64,000 bases of DNA from an uncultured Chitinophagaceae bacterium (GCA_963741705.1 CAVUJE010000008.1:12342-76341), one strand, 5' to 3'; positions 30,706 to 41,486 are shown, counted from the stretch's first letter. Notes: generated by a model from the letters alone, not told the origin. Program-made: numbers and translations.

Positions 30706-30918
30706 ATGAAAGCAAATGTAGGAATGGCAGACAAAGTCGTAAGGATACTTGCGGCAGTCGCAATCGGTATACTGTATTTCACGAATGTGATTACAGGAAC
30801 AACAGCAATTGTACTTTTAGTAGTTGCTATAATTCTGGTTCTAACCAGCTTAATAAGCTTTTGCCCGCTCTATTATTTGCTGGGAATCAAGACAAGAAAA
30901 AAATCAATTCAATCATAA
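30706..30918 (+). CDS. DUF2892 (YgaP-like) small membrane protein
   Basis: MKANVGMADKVVR...FCPLYYLLGIKT. Confidence 0.9.
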   Translation: MKANVGMADKVVRILAAVAIGILYFTNVITGTTAIVLLVVAIILVLTSLISFCPLYYLLGIKTRKKSIQS

Positions 30919-30936
30919 TAAAATTTAATTAAAATC

Positions 30937-31395
30937 ATGGCACACGAAGTAGAAGTACAATGGATGGGAAAAATGCAGTTTAATGCGTTGGTAAACGGAC
31001 ATACAGTTATAATGGACGGTCCGGAAAAAGTAGGCGGAGAAGATAATGGCCCTATTCCAAAACCATTTGTTTTAACCGCTCTCGCAGGTTGCACAGGTAT
31101 GGACGTAGCGGCAATTTTAAGAAAAGCACAAAAAGAGGTGAACGATTTTGAAATGAAAGTTACCGGAGAGATCAGTAAAACTGTTCCTATTCAATATACT
31201 TCGATTCATGTTATTTATGATTTTAAAGGACCTGAAGAAAACAAAGAAGCTGCATTGAAGGCGGTTACCGATTCGCAGGAAAAATATTGTGGTGTAAGTA
31301 GCATGTTGAAAAAAGCAGTGCCTGTAACCTGGGAAGTAAATTATAACGGCAAGCAGGTATTCAATAATAAAGAAGAAGAAATGGCATTAGCCTGA
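30937..31395 (+). CDS. OsmC family protein
   Basis: GP.PK..L.ALAGCTGMDV, SQEKYCGVSSML. Confidence 0.9.
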   Translation: MAHEVEVQWMGKMQFNALVNGHTVIMDGPEKVGGEDNGPIPKPFVLTALAGCTGMDVAAILRKAQKEVNDFEMKVTGEISKTVPIQYTSIHVIYDFKGPEENKEAALKAVTDSQEKYCGVSSMLKKAVPVTWEVNYNGKQVFNNKEEEMALA

Positions 31396-31422
31396 TTTGC
31401 TAATTAAACAAGTACTATATAT

Positions 31423-31671
31423 ATGGAAACTATTAAAGAAACATTATTTTCTAACTGGAATTTTATGCGCTGGGTGAGACTGGCGTTAGGAATAGTAGCC
31501 GGAGTGCAGGCAATTGCCTATCATGATACATTGTTAGGGTTTTTGTCTGCATTCCTGCTTTTTCAATCTCTTACAAATACAGGTTGCTGCGGAGCCGGCG
31601 GTTGTGCTGTTCCACGATCAAAAATCCATACTCAAAAAGTTGAGGAAGCAGAATACGAAGAGATAAAATAA
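31423..31671 (+). CDS. Small membrane protein with GCCGAGGC motif
   Basis: WNFMRWVRL, two TM helices, NTGCCGAGGC, YEEIK end. Confidence 0.75.
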   Translation: METIKETLFSNWNFMRWVRLALGIVAGVQAIAYHDTLLGFLSAFLLFQSLTNTGCCGAGGCAVPRSKIHTQKVEEAEYEEIK

Positions 31672-31697
31672 AAAAACAACTTATTTGTTGGTTTACT

Positions 31698-32930
31698 CTA
31701 AACCTGGAATTGCTCTGCAGTTACCAGGTTTTGTTGCGTATAAGTATTCAATGCATTGATGCATTCGCAACCTTTAAGTGCTGAGTGTTTTAATTCAAGG
31801 GCAAGTGAAGCAATGGTTTTGTGAATTTTTTCTTTATCCTCTTCGATGTCGTACAATTCATTTATTTGAATCAACTGCGATTTTACTTTTTGTATTAAAG
31901 GGCTGTTGGCGTGCTGGCGATGCCAATCTTCAAGATCATTCAGCGTATTATTAATTATTTCCAAAGCTTTAGGAACCTCGGCTTCTCTTGCAGAAATGGT
32001 CTCATCAAGGATCACAGAAACTTCATCCACATCCATCAATGTAATTTGCGAATTCAATTTAACTAACGGATCTACATTTTGTGGCGAAGAAAGATCAAGT
32101 ATCAATCTTGTTTTTTTAGTAACAAAATAGGAGGGAAGTACAATAAATTCTTCAGAAGAAGAACTAACCATGATAACATCCGCATCATCACATCCTGCGG
32201 CCAGGTTATTATAAGCTACAAAACCTGCATCGTATTTTTCTGCAAGCAGGTATGCTTTTTCATCTGTCCTGTTGCAAAAAGAAATGCTTGCGCCGGGCAA
32301 ATAATCTTTCAGATTTTTGGCAATCTGGTTTCCAAATTTGCCGGTGCCTACCAACAGAATTTTTTTGTTGCGTAAATTTTTAATTTTTTCTTTTATGATC
32401 TGGATTGCTGCGTAAGAAACGGAAACCGTCCCTGAACTTAATTTGGTTTTGGTTTTAATTTCTTTTGAAGCTTGTAAGGCAAAATTAACCGCCCGCTCCA
32501 TAAAGCTGCTTAAGCCACCATTTTCTTTAGAAACTTTTGCAGCGTGCTTTAACTGTGATAATATTTCATAATCACCGATGATCTGCGAATCTAATCCGGA
32601 TGCTACTTTTAGCAAATGGTCTACCGCTGCGCGACCGGTATAAACGTAACCTTGCGTTTCAAAATCTTTTGGGTCGCCATTGGTGTAATTGCAAAGCAGT
32701 TCAGTCAGTTCTTTTGGATCGTTGCAGATTCCATAAATTTCAGTTCTGTTGCAGGTAGAAAGAACAAGACATCCCTGGATTTTGCCAGCGATTGCTTCAC
32801 CAATCAGGTTTACTGATTGTTCGGGTGCAATTGAAAATTTTCCGCGAATACTTATGTCGCTTTTGCGGTAATTAATTCCAACAATTGTAAAATTTTGCAG
32901 GGAGCTGTTAAAGTCGTTAGTACAATTCAT
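31698..32930 (-). CDS. hemA: Glutamyl-tRNA reductase
   Basis: LSTCNRTEIY, GLDSQIIGDYEILSQ, SVSYAA, DLSSPQNV. Confidence 0.95.
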   Translation of the reverse strand: MNCTNDFNSSLQNFTIVGINYRKSDISIRGKFSIAPEQSVNLIGEAIAGKIQGCLVLSTCNRTEIYGICNDPKELTELLCNYTNGDPKDFETQGYVYTGRAAVDHLLKVASGLDSQIIGDYEILSQLKHAAKVSKENGGLSSFMERAVNFALQASKEIKTKTKLSSGTVSVSYAAIQIIKEKIKNLRNKKILLVGTGKFGNQIAKNLKDYLPGASISFCNRTDEKAYLLAEKYDAGFVAYNNLAAGCDDADVIMVSSSSEEFIVLPSYFVTKKTRLILDLSSPQNVDPLVKLNSQITLMDVDEVSVILDETISAREAEVPKALEIINNTLNDLEDWHRQHANSPLIQKVKSQLIQINELYDIEEDKEKIHKTIASLALELKHSALKGCECINALNTYTQQNLVTAEQFQV

Positions 32931-33020
32931 TCTCTTTTGTTCAAAATATTTTCAAAGTGGTAGAAACAGTTTTCATATAAAACGATTAAGCAAATTTCAT
33001 CGGAATACGTTTTGAAAAAA

Positions 33021-33056
33021 AGAACAGATGTCATTTGCAAATATGAGCCTCCTCAT
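33021..33056. promoter_or_regulatory. Tandem boxes between divergent hemA and P-type ATPase
   Basis: AGAACAGATGTCAT (33021, half-site) and ATGAGCCTCCTCAT (33043), 22 bp apart. Confidence 0.55.
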
Positions 33057-33125
33057 GTTTTTATGGTATAGCCGTAGTACATTTATTATTAATTAAATCT
33101 TTTAAATTTTGAAAATGAGGTATTT

Positions 33126-35639
33126 ATGTCAAAGCTCCCCATCGATATAAAAGGACTTAACGATGAACAGGTTTTGTTGTCGCGGCAAAAGCATGGCGTA
33201 AATGAATTGGATCAGTCTTCCAGGAGCCCTTTCATTGCTGCTTTGCTCGACACGTTGAAGGAACCGATGCTCATTTTATTGTTTGCTGCCGCCATTCTTT
33301 ATTTGATTTCGGGCAAGCGGAGCGATGCCATTTTTATGCTTTCTGCTATTGTGTTGGTTTCTGCCATTTCCCTTTACCAGGATTCAAAAAGCCGCAATGC
33401 CCTGGCCGCTTTAAAACAACTTTCGCAGCCGCAAACCAAAGTAATACGGAACGGAATTATTTCTTCTGTTGCAAGCAAAGACGTTGTTGCAGATGACGCG
33501 ATTATTGTTGAAGAAGGAAGCCTGGTTACTGCTGATGCACAAATTATTTATTCCAATGATTTTACGGTAAACGAATCGATACTTACGGGCGAATCTTTGG
33601 CAGTAGAAAAGTTTGTAAATGAAGACAACAAAATTTACAGCGGCACTTTGGTAACCAGTGGGATGGCCATCGCACGTGTGACCAAAGTAGGCAATGCTAC
33701 TGAACTCGGGAAGATCAGCAAATCATTAGAAGACATTAAAGAAGAACAAACGCCACTGCAAATACAGATAAGGAATTTTGTAAAAAAGATGGCGCTTTTT
33801 GGCCTGGTGGTTTTTCTGCTGGTGTGGGCTTTTAATTTCTTCAACTCACGAAGCCTTGTGGATAGTTTATTAAAAGCATTGACATTGGCGATGTCGGTTT
33901 TGCCTGAAGAAATTCCGGTTGCCTTTACCACTTTCATGGCGTTGGGCGCCTGGCGGCTGATGAAGATGGGAATTATTGTGAAGCAGACAAAAACGGTGGA
34001 AACCCTTGGCAGCGCCACAGTTATTTGCACTGATAAAACCGGAACCATTACTGAAAACAGAATGGAGCTTGCCTCTTTATATGTTTTTAAAAATGATCGT
34101 CTCTATAAAAATGCGGAAGAAGATGCAGAAGTAGTCAACGATTTAGTTAGCACAGCAATGTGGGCCAGCGAGCCACTTCCGTTTGATCCAATGGAAAAAG
34201 CCTTGCACGATACTTATAAAAAAATAATCGCTACAGATGAAAGGCCGGATTATAAAATGATACATGAATATCCATTGGCGGGACGGCCACCGATGATGAC
34301 ACATCTTTTTGAAAATAATAATGGAGAAAGAGTAATTGCTGCAAAAGGAGCCGCTGAAAAGATTGTATCAGTTTGCCATTTGACAGATGAAGAAAAGGCA
34401 AAAATTGTTGGTTCACTGGAAGAGTTGTCATCACAAGGTTATCGGGTGTTAGGTGTGGCACGTGCATCTTTCCCGGGAAATAATTTTCCGGAAGAGCAGG
34501 AAGATTTTGATTTTCAATTTATCGGGCTGGTTTCTTTTTACGATCCTCCAAAAAAGAATATGGAAGCTGTATTTGAAAGCTTTTATAAAGCAGGAATCAG
34601 CGTAAAGATCATTACAGGTGATAATAAAGCAACCACAGAAACGATTGCCAGCCAGGTAGGTTTCAGAGGTGCGGAAGAAGCGCTTGACGGAGCTGAATTG
34701 ATGAAATTTTCAGAACAGGAATTAATGGAAAAGGTGATGCAGGTAAATATTTTTACAAGGATGTTTCCCGAGGCCAAATTAAAAATCATCAACGCCTTAA
34801 AACAACAACAGCAAATTGTAGCGATGACCGGAGACGGTGTAAACGATGCGCCCGCTTTGAAAGCGGCTAACATCGGGATCGCAATGGGAAAGAAAGGTTC
34901 AGAAACTGCAAAAAGCGCCTCCTCGTTAATTTTAGCAGATGATGATCTCGGAAAAATGGTGACAGCCATCGCCATGGGAAGAAGGATTTACAGCAATCTT
35001 AAAAAAGCGATTCAATATATTATTTCCATTCACATCCCGATCATTTTGACGGTGCTGTTGCCGCTTGTTTTGGGTTGGATCTATCCCGCAGTTTTCACCC
35101 CGGTGCATGTTATTTTTCTTGAATTGATCATGGGGCCTACCTGTTCTATTATTTACGAAAACGAACCGATAGAAGCCAACTTAATGCAACAAAAACCCCG
35201 TCCTTTTACCAATACATTTCTTTCGTGGAAAGAGTTGCAGGTAAGTATTCTGCAGGGAATTGTTATTACCGCCGGCACGTTGGGAATTTATCAATACTCG
35301 GTTTCAAACGGCCTTGATGAAAACCTGACAAGGACCATGGTTTTCACAACGCTCGTTATTGCCAACGTTTTTCTTTCTTTGGTAAACCGGTCATTTTATT
35401 TTTCAATGTTGACCACCTTGAGATACAAAAATAATTTAATGCCGTTCATCATTTTGTTAACTGTTATCATGCTTGTTTTGATGTTGACCATTCCTTCTTT
35501 TATTTCTTTTTTCAAATTTGAAAGATTAGTTTTTGTTCAGGTTGTGGTTTGCGCTGCAGTTGGTTTTGTTTCAGTCATCTGGATAGAGGGTTATAAATTT
35601 TTTAAGCGCCTGTGGGGCAATGAACCCGGCTTAAGTTGA
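33126..35639 (+). CDS. Cation-translocating P-type ATPase (type II, Ca2+-like)
   Basis: TGES, PEE, DKTGTIT, KGA, TGDN, MTGDGVNDAPAL. Confidence 0.92.
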   Translation: MSKLPIDIKGLNDEQVLLSRQKHGVNELDQSSRSPFIAALLDTLKEPMLILLFAAAILYLISGKRSDAIFMLSAIVLVSAISLYQDSKSRNALAALKQLSQPQTKVIRNGIISSVASKDVVADDAIIVEEGSLVTADAQIIYSNDFTVNESILTGESLAVEKFVNEDNKIYSGTLVTSGMAIARVTKVGNATELGKISKSLEDIKEEQTPLQIQIRNFVKKMALFGLVVFLLVWAFNFFNSRSLVDSLLKALTLAMSVLPEEIPVAFTTFMALGAWRLMKMGIIVKQTKTVETLGSATVICTDKTGTITENRMELASLYVFKNDRLYKNAEEDAEVVNDLVSTAMWASEPLPFDPMEKALHDTYKKIIATDERPDYKMIHEYPLAGRPPMMTHLFENNNGERVIAAKGAAEKIVSVCHLTDEEKAKIVGSLEELSSQGYRVLGVARASFPGNNFPEEQEDFDFQFIGLVSFYDPPKKNMEAVFESFYKAGISVKIITGDNKATTETIASQVGFRGAEEALDGAELMKFSEQELMEKVMQVNIFTRMFPEAKLKIINALKQQQQIVAMTGDGVNDAPALKAANIGIAMGKKGSETAKSASSLILADDDLGKMVTAIAMGRRIYSNLKKAIQYIISIHIPIILTVLLPLVLGWIYPAVFTPVHVIFLELIMGPTCSIIYENEPIEANLMQQKPRPFTNTFLSWKELQVSILQGIVITAGTLGIYQYSVSNGLDENLTRTMVFTTLVIANVFLSLVNRSFYFSMLTTLRYKNNLMPFIILLTVIMLVLMLTIPSFISFFKFERLVFVQVVVCAAVGFVSVIWIEGYKFFKRLWGNEPGLS

Positions 35640-35665
35640 AAAAGTCTTTTAAATTTATAAAAAAA

Positions 35666-36439
35666 ATGAAAAAAATCGGCCTGGTTTTGAGTGGAGGAGG
35701 AGCCAGGGGATTTGCTCACCTGGGTTTTTTAAAAGTGCTGGATGAGCTAAACCTGCAACCTGCTGCTATCTCCGGAGTCAGCTCCGGCGCTATATTCGGC
35801 GCATTATATTCGTATGGGAAAAAGCCGGATGAAATACTGGAGCTTGCTAAAAAAAATTCTTATTTCGGTGTTTCTAATTTTTTGTGGAGAAAAGAAGGCC
35901 TTTTTTCGATGGAAAACATCAGGAAAGTATTGCTGGAGCTTATTCCCGAAAACTCTTTTGAATCTTTACAAATTCCGCTTTATATAAATGCCACCGATTT
36001 ATTACACAACAAAACCATTTATTTTTCCTCAGGCGAATTGATTGATCCGATTATAGCTTCGGCTTCTTTCCCGGTTTTGTTTGAACCGGTGCCAATCGAG
36101 AACAGCAAATTTGTGGATGGCGGCCTGCTTGACAATTTCCCCGTGGAGCCTTTGGTAGATACGTGTGATAAAATTATCGGGTCGCACGTGAACCGGTTGG
36201 GGCCTATCAGAGACATCAACATAAAATTCTCGAAAACGCTGATGATAGAAAGATGTTTTCAACTTGCCATTGCTAATTCTGTTTATTCTAAAGTGAACAA
36301 ATGTGATATTTTTATAGAACCACCGTTAAACGGCTTTGGGTTATTCAGAATGAGGAATATGGAACGGATATTTGAAATTGGTTACCAGGCTGCTTTAAAA
36401 GAAAAAGATAATATTTTAAGATTAATGGAATCTGGCTAA
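35666..36439 (+). CDS. Patatin-like phospholipase
   Basis: LSGGGARG, GVSSG (GxSxG), DGG. Confidence 0.9.
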   Translation: MKKIGLVLSGGGARGFAHLGFLKVLDELNLQPAAISGVSSGAIFGALYSYGKKPDEILELAKKNSYFGVSNFLWRKEGLFSMENIRKVLLELIPENSFESLQIPLYINATDLLHNKTIYFSSGELIDPIIASASFPVLFEPVPIENSKFVDGGLLDNFPVEPLVDTCDKIIGSHVNRLGPIRDINIKFSKTLMIERCFQLAIANSVYSKVNKCDIFIEPPLNGFGLFRMRNMERIFEIGYQAALKEKDNILRLMESG

Positions 36440-36574
36440 AACATCCTAAAATTTTTGTGAAACACCTTTATTTGCGAGTAAACAAACAAATAACCTGGAT
36501 TTGTAATTTCTAAAAAAGGAAGTAGGCCTAAAGGAAAAAAGCAATCAGTCCAAAAATTAAATCGAATAAACATA

Positions 36575-36600
36575 CAAAAGCCGGGTTCACCCGGCTTTTG
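36575..36600. terminator. Bidirectional terminator after atpH
   Basis: CAAAAGCCGGGT-TC-ACCCGGCTTTTG perfect inverted repeat. Confidence 0.85.
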
Positions 36601-36621
36601 ACTAATCAAAATATTTCCTTC

Positions 36622-37185
36622 TTATCTGAGCTTGTGCAAATATTCGTTATCAGCAAATTCCTTATATAAATCATTGAGATTTCTTAATATGCTTTTGTCA
36701 ATTAACTTACCTTCCATTTGAAGAATAAAACCACCAATTATTTTATCATCTACCTTAGTTTCCAGTTGCACCTTGTCGTAGGAAGTGCTGGCTTTTATTT
36801 TTGAAACAAAAGAATCCAGTAATTCTTTACTAACAGGAGCGGCCGTAGTTAGCTTAGCAATATGAAGGCCGATTATGGTGTTGTATTGTTCTGTGAACGA
36901 ACGGATAATTCCGGGCAAATTGGCTTCACGGCCTTTGTTGCAAATCAGTTTTAAAAATGTCTCGGTGATAGTAGAAATATTTCCCTTTGTAATCGCGTTG
37001 ATGACTTTGTATTTCTTGTCAGGATTAATGATGGGGCTTTCCAGCATCAATACGAAATCGCGGCTTTGATCAACAACAGATTTCAGGAATGCAACATCAT
37101 CATGCACTTCTTCCAGCTTGTTATATTGGGTAGCAATATCTACCAGGCTTTTTGCGTAACGCTGTGCTAAACGGGGATTATTCAT
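36622..37185 (-). CDS. atpH: ATP synthase F1 delta subunit
   Basis: RLAQRYAKSL, LESPII, VDDKIIGGFIL. Confidence 0.95.
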   Translation of the reverse strand: MNNPRLAQRYAKSLVDIATQYNKLEEVHDDVAFLKSVVDQSRDFVLMLESPIINPDKKYKVINAITKGNISTITETFLKLICNKGREANLPGIIRSFTEQYNTIIGLHIAKLTTAAPVSKELLDSFVSKIKASTSYDKVQLETKVDDKIIGGFILQMEGKLIDKSILRNLNDLYKEFADNEYLHKLR

Positions 37186-37196
37186 TCTGGTTAAAA

Positions 37197-37691
37197 TTAA
37201 TTCAGCTCAACATTCTGAGCCAATTGCTGAATATACTTTTCCTGGTCTTCTTTGTTATTTAATTCTCTGCGCAACACTTTTTCACTTACTTCAAGTACTA
37301 AATTTCCTACCTGGTTTTTCAGATCAACAATAGCTGCCATCTTTTGTTGATTGATCACGCTCTGGGCGTCAGCAACTATTTTATTGGTTTCTTTTCGTGC
37401 CTGCTCTTTGGCATCCTGGATAATTTTATCGCGCATTTCTTTGGCTTCTCTCATCATCTGGCTTCTTTCTTCACGGGCTTTCGCCAGCAGGGCTTCATTT
37501 TCACTATGCATCTTTTCCATTTCTTTCTTCATGTTTTCAGCAGAAAGAATAGAATCGGAAATGTTTTTTTCCCTGTCATCCAAAGATTTTAAAATAGGTT
37601 TCCAGGCGTATTTGCCCAGGATATAAAGCACAATAACAAATGCTACCAGTGTCCAGAGGATCAGGCCGAGATGAGGAGATAAAAGTTCCAT
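37197..37691 (-). CDS. atpF: ATP synthase F0 subunit b
   Basis: PHLGLILWT, KYAWKPIL, coiled coil. Confidence 0.95.
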   Translation of the reverse strand: MELLSPHLGLILWTLVAFVIVLYILGKYAWKPILKSLDDREKNISDSILSAENMKKEMEKMHSENEALLAKAREERSQMMREAKEMRDKIIQDAKEQARKETNKIVADAQSVINQQKMAAIVDLKNQVGNLVLEVSEKVLRRELNNKEDQEKYIQQLAQNVELN

Positions 37692-37739
37692 ACTTATGTT
37701 TTATTAAAAGAAGTAATTATTTCAAATTTTAAAAAAAAA

Positions 37740-37774
37740 TACTGCATCCTCCGCCCTGTGCTTTGGATGCAGTA
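37740..37774 (-). terminator. Intra-operon stem-loop between atpE and atpF
   Basis: TACTGCATCC-15nt-GGATGCAGTA 10-bp stem followed by a U-run on the minus strand. Confidence 0.6.
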
Positions 37775-37785
37775 AAGATTTGCGC

Positions 37786-38067
<282 letters not shown>

Positions 38068-39159
38068 TTATAAAAATGCGTGGTCATTTGTTGGCACATC
38101 ATGGTCACTTCCTTCAAAGCCCTGGCCGATAAAGATAGCAGTAAGGACTGTGAAAATAAATGCCTGGATAAATGCTACCAATATTTCAATAAAATAATCG
38201 AATACAACAAACACTACAGAGAAAGGAGAAAATCCGTATCCTGCGGTAGAACTCATGGCTCCAAAAATAAATATAAGCGAAATGAAAGCCAGTATTACAA
38301 TGTGCCCTGCTACCATGTTGGCAAAAAGACGAATGATCAAGGCTCCGGGCTTAATTACGAATAATCCAAAAAGCTCAACAGGAACTAAAATAACTTTCAC
38401 TAAAAAAGGAACATCCGGAGGCCAGATAATGTGTTTCCAAAAATGTGGGGTGGTGCTGAAAAGAATTACCACCAAAGAGATAAGCCCGAGGATCAATGTG
38501 AAAGCGATATTGCCTGCTACATTGGCAGCGCCTGGAATCATTCCAAAAAGCGCGTTGATCAAAATGAAGAAAAACACGGTAAGAAGATAAGGCATATATC
38601 TTTCCCATCTTGATCCCAAATTAGTTTTACCCACATTATCTCTTATAAATATAATAATAGGTTCCATAAATCCTTGTGCTCCTGTCGGCGCTGAAACAAC
38701 ACCCTCTCCTTTCTTATACCTGTTTCCGATTTTTATCATTAGGATAGTAAAAAGCGCCAGGGCCAGCAACGTCTGAACCACATTCCGGGTTAATGAAAAA
38801 TCATAAACTGTTGCGCCTTCTTCTACAGGAACTATTTTATTTTCACCTTCCAGGCGGTATCCGTCATAGCTCTGATCATGATCATGCCCAAATCTTTTGG
38901 AAGAGAAAATAGAAAGGCCTTTACCGGGAGAATATAATATAACCGGCAAATAGATAGAAGCATGAAAATCGCCTATTGAAAAGAAGTGAAACTCATATGC
39001 ATCCTGAACGTGATTAAGGATAGCAGTAGTCGGATCAAATTTTTCTTCTGTATTTTTATGTGCTTCCGGGTTTTCCTGTGAAAAAGCGGTTTGAGAAAAT
39101 GACACTAAAAACAAGCTGAAAACCGCTACCAACAAAGATTTCATGAATTTAGAACCCAT
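38068..39159 (-). CDS. atpB: ATP synthase F0 subunit a
   Basis: IRLFANMVAGH, EILVAFIQAFIFT; promoter TATCTTTG at 39179-39186. Confidence 0.97.
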   Translation of the reverse strand: MGSKFMKSLLVAVFSLFLVSFSQTAFSQENPEAHKNTEEKFDPTTAILNHVQDAYEFHFFSIGDFHASIYLPVILYSPGKGLSIFSSKRFGHDHDQSYDGYRLEGENKIVPVEEGATVYDFSLTRNVVQTLLALALFTILMIKIGNRYKKGEGVVSAPTGAQGFMEPIIIFIRDNVGKTNLGSRWERYMPYLLTVFFFILINALFGMIPGAANVAGNIAFTLILGLISLVVILFSTTPHFWKHIIWPPDVPFLVKVILVPVELFGLFVIKPGALIIRLFANMVAGHIVILAFISLIFIFGAMSSTAGYGFSPFSVVFVVFDYFIEILVAFIQAFIFTVLTAIFIGQGFEGSDHDVPTNDHAFL

Positions 39160-39324
39160 ACTTCTACTGAATTTTGCGCAAAGATAAGGTTTGATTGATT
39201 AATGAAAGAAAAGATAGCCAATATTTTTATTAAAAAACTCCTCATCATTTCTATATGAATTTAATTTTTAAGGCTTTGTTAGAGAGTACGTCGAATAAAT
39301 TTTACTTTTAATGAAATTTTTTAA

Positions 39325-39711
39325 ATGAAAAACCTGATTTCTACACGAGTTGCCATAATTATTTTTGCTATCATTATTGCTTTTTTTGGCGCCAATAATA
39401 TCCTTAATGCCCGTCATATGACCGCCAATGTTCCCTCTTTTTTACCTGCTTCCAAATGGATAGTTTACATTTCCGGAGCGGGATTTTTATTAGCCGCTTT
39501 GGCTTTTATTATTGACCGGTATGCAAAAATCGCCGGATACCTGCTGGCAGCTTTATTATTAATTATCGTATTCTCAGTAGATGTGCCGGGAATTGTTCAC
39601 GCAGTTTCAAGGCCGGTGAAAATGTTATTTGTAACCAATATGCTTAAAGACGCGGCTTTGGCAGCTGCGGCCGTATTAATCGCAGATATTTCAAGAGAAA
39701 GAACGGTGTAA
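39325..39711 (+). CDS. DoxX-like membrane protein
   Basis: Four TM helices, VPSFLP..WIVYISG, NMLKD. Confidence 0.7.
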   Translation: MKNLISTRVAIIIFAIIIAFFGANNILNARHMTANVPSFLPASKWIVYISGAGFLLAALAFIIDRYAKIAGYLLAALLLIIVFSVDVPGIVHAVSRPVKMLFVTNMLKDAALAAAAVLIADISRERTV

Positions 39712-39721
39712 CTTTGCCCGG

Positions 39722-39952
39722 ATGAAATCAATGAAAGAAATATTATCCCTTCCTTTTATCGGTTTAATAAAAATATATCAACTGGTTATTTCTCCCTGGA
39801 TGGGCCCATCCTGCAGATATACGCCTACGTGCTCGCAATATAGCCTGGAAGCCTTCAAAAAATATGGGCCTTTAAAAGGAGGCTGGCTTTCTATTAAAAG
39901 AATTTTAAGATGCAATCCATGGGGAGGCCACGGGCATGATCCGGTTCCTTAG
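39722..39952 (+). CDS. yidD: Membrane protein insertion efficiency factor
   Basis: [34 protein letters not shown]. Confidence 0.95.
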   Translation: MKSMKEILSLPFIGLIKIYQLVISPWMGPSCRYTPTCSQYSLEAFKKYGPLKGGWLSIKRILRCNPWGGHGHDPVP

Positions 39953-40009
39953 CGCAAAATAAAAACAGTGATTATTTCTTCTTTTACTGTTCCCAATATA
40001 AACTGAAAG

Positions 40010-41338
40010 CTATTTTGATTTGAGCCGGTACTTTTTATTTACTTTGGGATTATTGAAATACTCATCAAGTTCCTCTTTGTTCCTCGTATCATCAACAATT
40101 GCTACATCTATTAATTGCAACTGAATTTGCTGTAGCTCATCTTTCATCTTTGCAGTTTTTTCAACAATTTCAGGATCTTTATCTCCTACTAATGAATTAT
40201 TAGTTAGCAGATATTGCAATCTCTTAATATCGTTTCTTACTAAGGAAGCCGCATTCAATTCATCATTCTTATTCGGGGCTACTGCCTCTTTTACAGGTAC
40301 CAGGGCCACACCCACACTTGGTAAAATTTTCCCTGTTGTTTTCATATTGGGGTTATCCATTGAAGAAAAAACAGTTCCACCCAAAGAAGTACTGGCAGAT
40401 GTCAGGTCAAAAGTAGTACGGGTATTTTTGGTATGCTTTATCTTTTTATCAAGTTCGCGAAAAGTGGCTTTCAATTGTAAGATATACAACTGGATGGTGC
40501 TGTCCAGTTTATTATATTCCATCAAGCGCCGCGGATAATTAATAGCCTGGTCAACTGTTACTTTTACCTCGGCGGTATCCCGATTATAGAATTTATCAAC
40601 CCCGATAAATTTTATGATAAGAGATTTTGACTTTATTTTTTCGTCATCCTTTATAAAGTCATAGGGTGCCACCCAGGTAAACTGGTCTCCGCATTCCATA
40701 ATAGGGGTAGAGGAACGGATCGGATAATTACAGAAATAAGTTATTGATTCTAAAGGAAAACTACCCTGCTCGCACTGTAATTTAAAGTTTAGCGTATCGC
40801 CTTCATCCATTGTAAGGTCATTACTGACAGTGGGTTTTATCTTAGAACGAATGATGTCTGTATTGTAAAATAGAATCGTGAAAGTGGTATCCACATGATC
40901 TGTTGGGTCGTCCAGGTTTTGAACGCCGATCTTTACTTTATACTGGATGTCGTACTTCAATTTCCCCGATAAAAAATAAGATTTTTCGGCTTTGAAATGA
41001 AGATCGCCATTGTCTTTGTTGATTTTTAAACCAACAGGGGAATTTTTTAAATACCAATAATAATTAACGGGATTGCGGTTAATCTCAAACTGGTAATCCA
41101 GCGTTGAATCCACATGAAGCGTAAAATAAGGGCTAAAATTCTTTATTCTTAAAACCGTATCTACCGGTTTTAAAAAAATTGTGTCCTCCGGAGGCAGATG
41201 AATAGTATCGTTTTCCGGTTCAATCGTATCAATTTTTTCGTGGAAAGAGCTATCAGTTTCCTGGCATTTTACCTGGGCTACAAAAAACAAAAGGGGTACG
41301 AAAGACAATAAAACTTTAAAAACGGCGGTTTTTAGCAT
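40010..41338 (-). CDS. Hypothetical exported protein (Ig-like N-terminal part, helical C-terminal part)
   Basis: Signal peptide from ATG 41338; SPVGLKIN..G Ig/He_PIG-like strand pattern; coiled-coil C-terminus. Confidence 0.65.
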   Translation of the reverse strand: MLKTAVFKVLLSFVPLLFFVAQVKCQETDSSFHEKIDTIEPENDTIHLPPEDTIFLKPVDTVLRIKNFSPYFTLHVDSTLDYQFEINRNPVNYYWYLKNSPVGLKINKDNGDLHFKAEKSYFLSGKLKYDIQYKVKIGVQNLDDPTDHVDTTFTILFYNTDIIRSKIKPTVSNDLTMDEGDTLNFKLQCEQGSFPLESITYFCNYPIRSSTPIMECGDQFTWVAPYDFIKDDEKIKSKSLIIKFIGVDKFYNRDTAEVKVTVDQAINYPRRLMEYNKLDSTIQLYILQLKATFRELDKKIKHTKNTRTTFDLTSASTSLGGTVFSSMDNPNMKTTGKILPSVGVALVPVKEAVAPNKNDELNAASLVRNDIKRLQYLLTNNSLVGDKDPEIVEKTAKMKDELQQIQLQLIDVAIVDDTRNKEELDEYFNNPKVNKKYRLKSK

Positions 41339-41486
41339 GTGTGCAAAAATATAAAACAATTTGTGCCAAATCCTTAATGAAATAAAAAATATTAAATAAA
41401 ATTTATGGACTTTATGTGAAAATCAAGTACTTATTTAAGTTAGCGTAATTTTTTCCTAACAGATAGAGTAAACAAACAAATAATTC

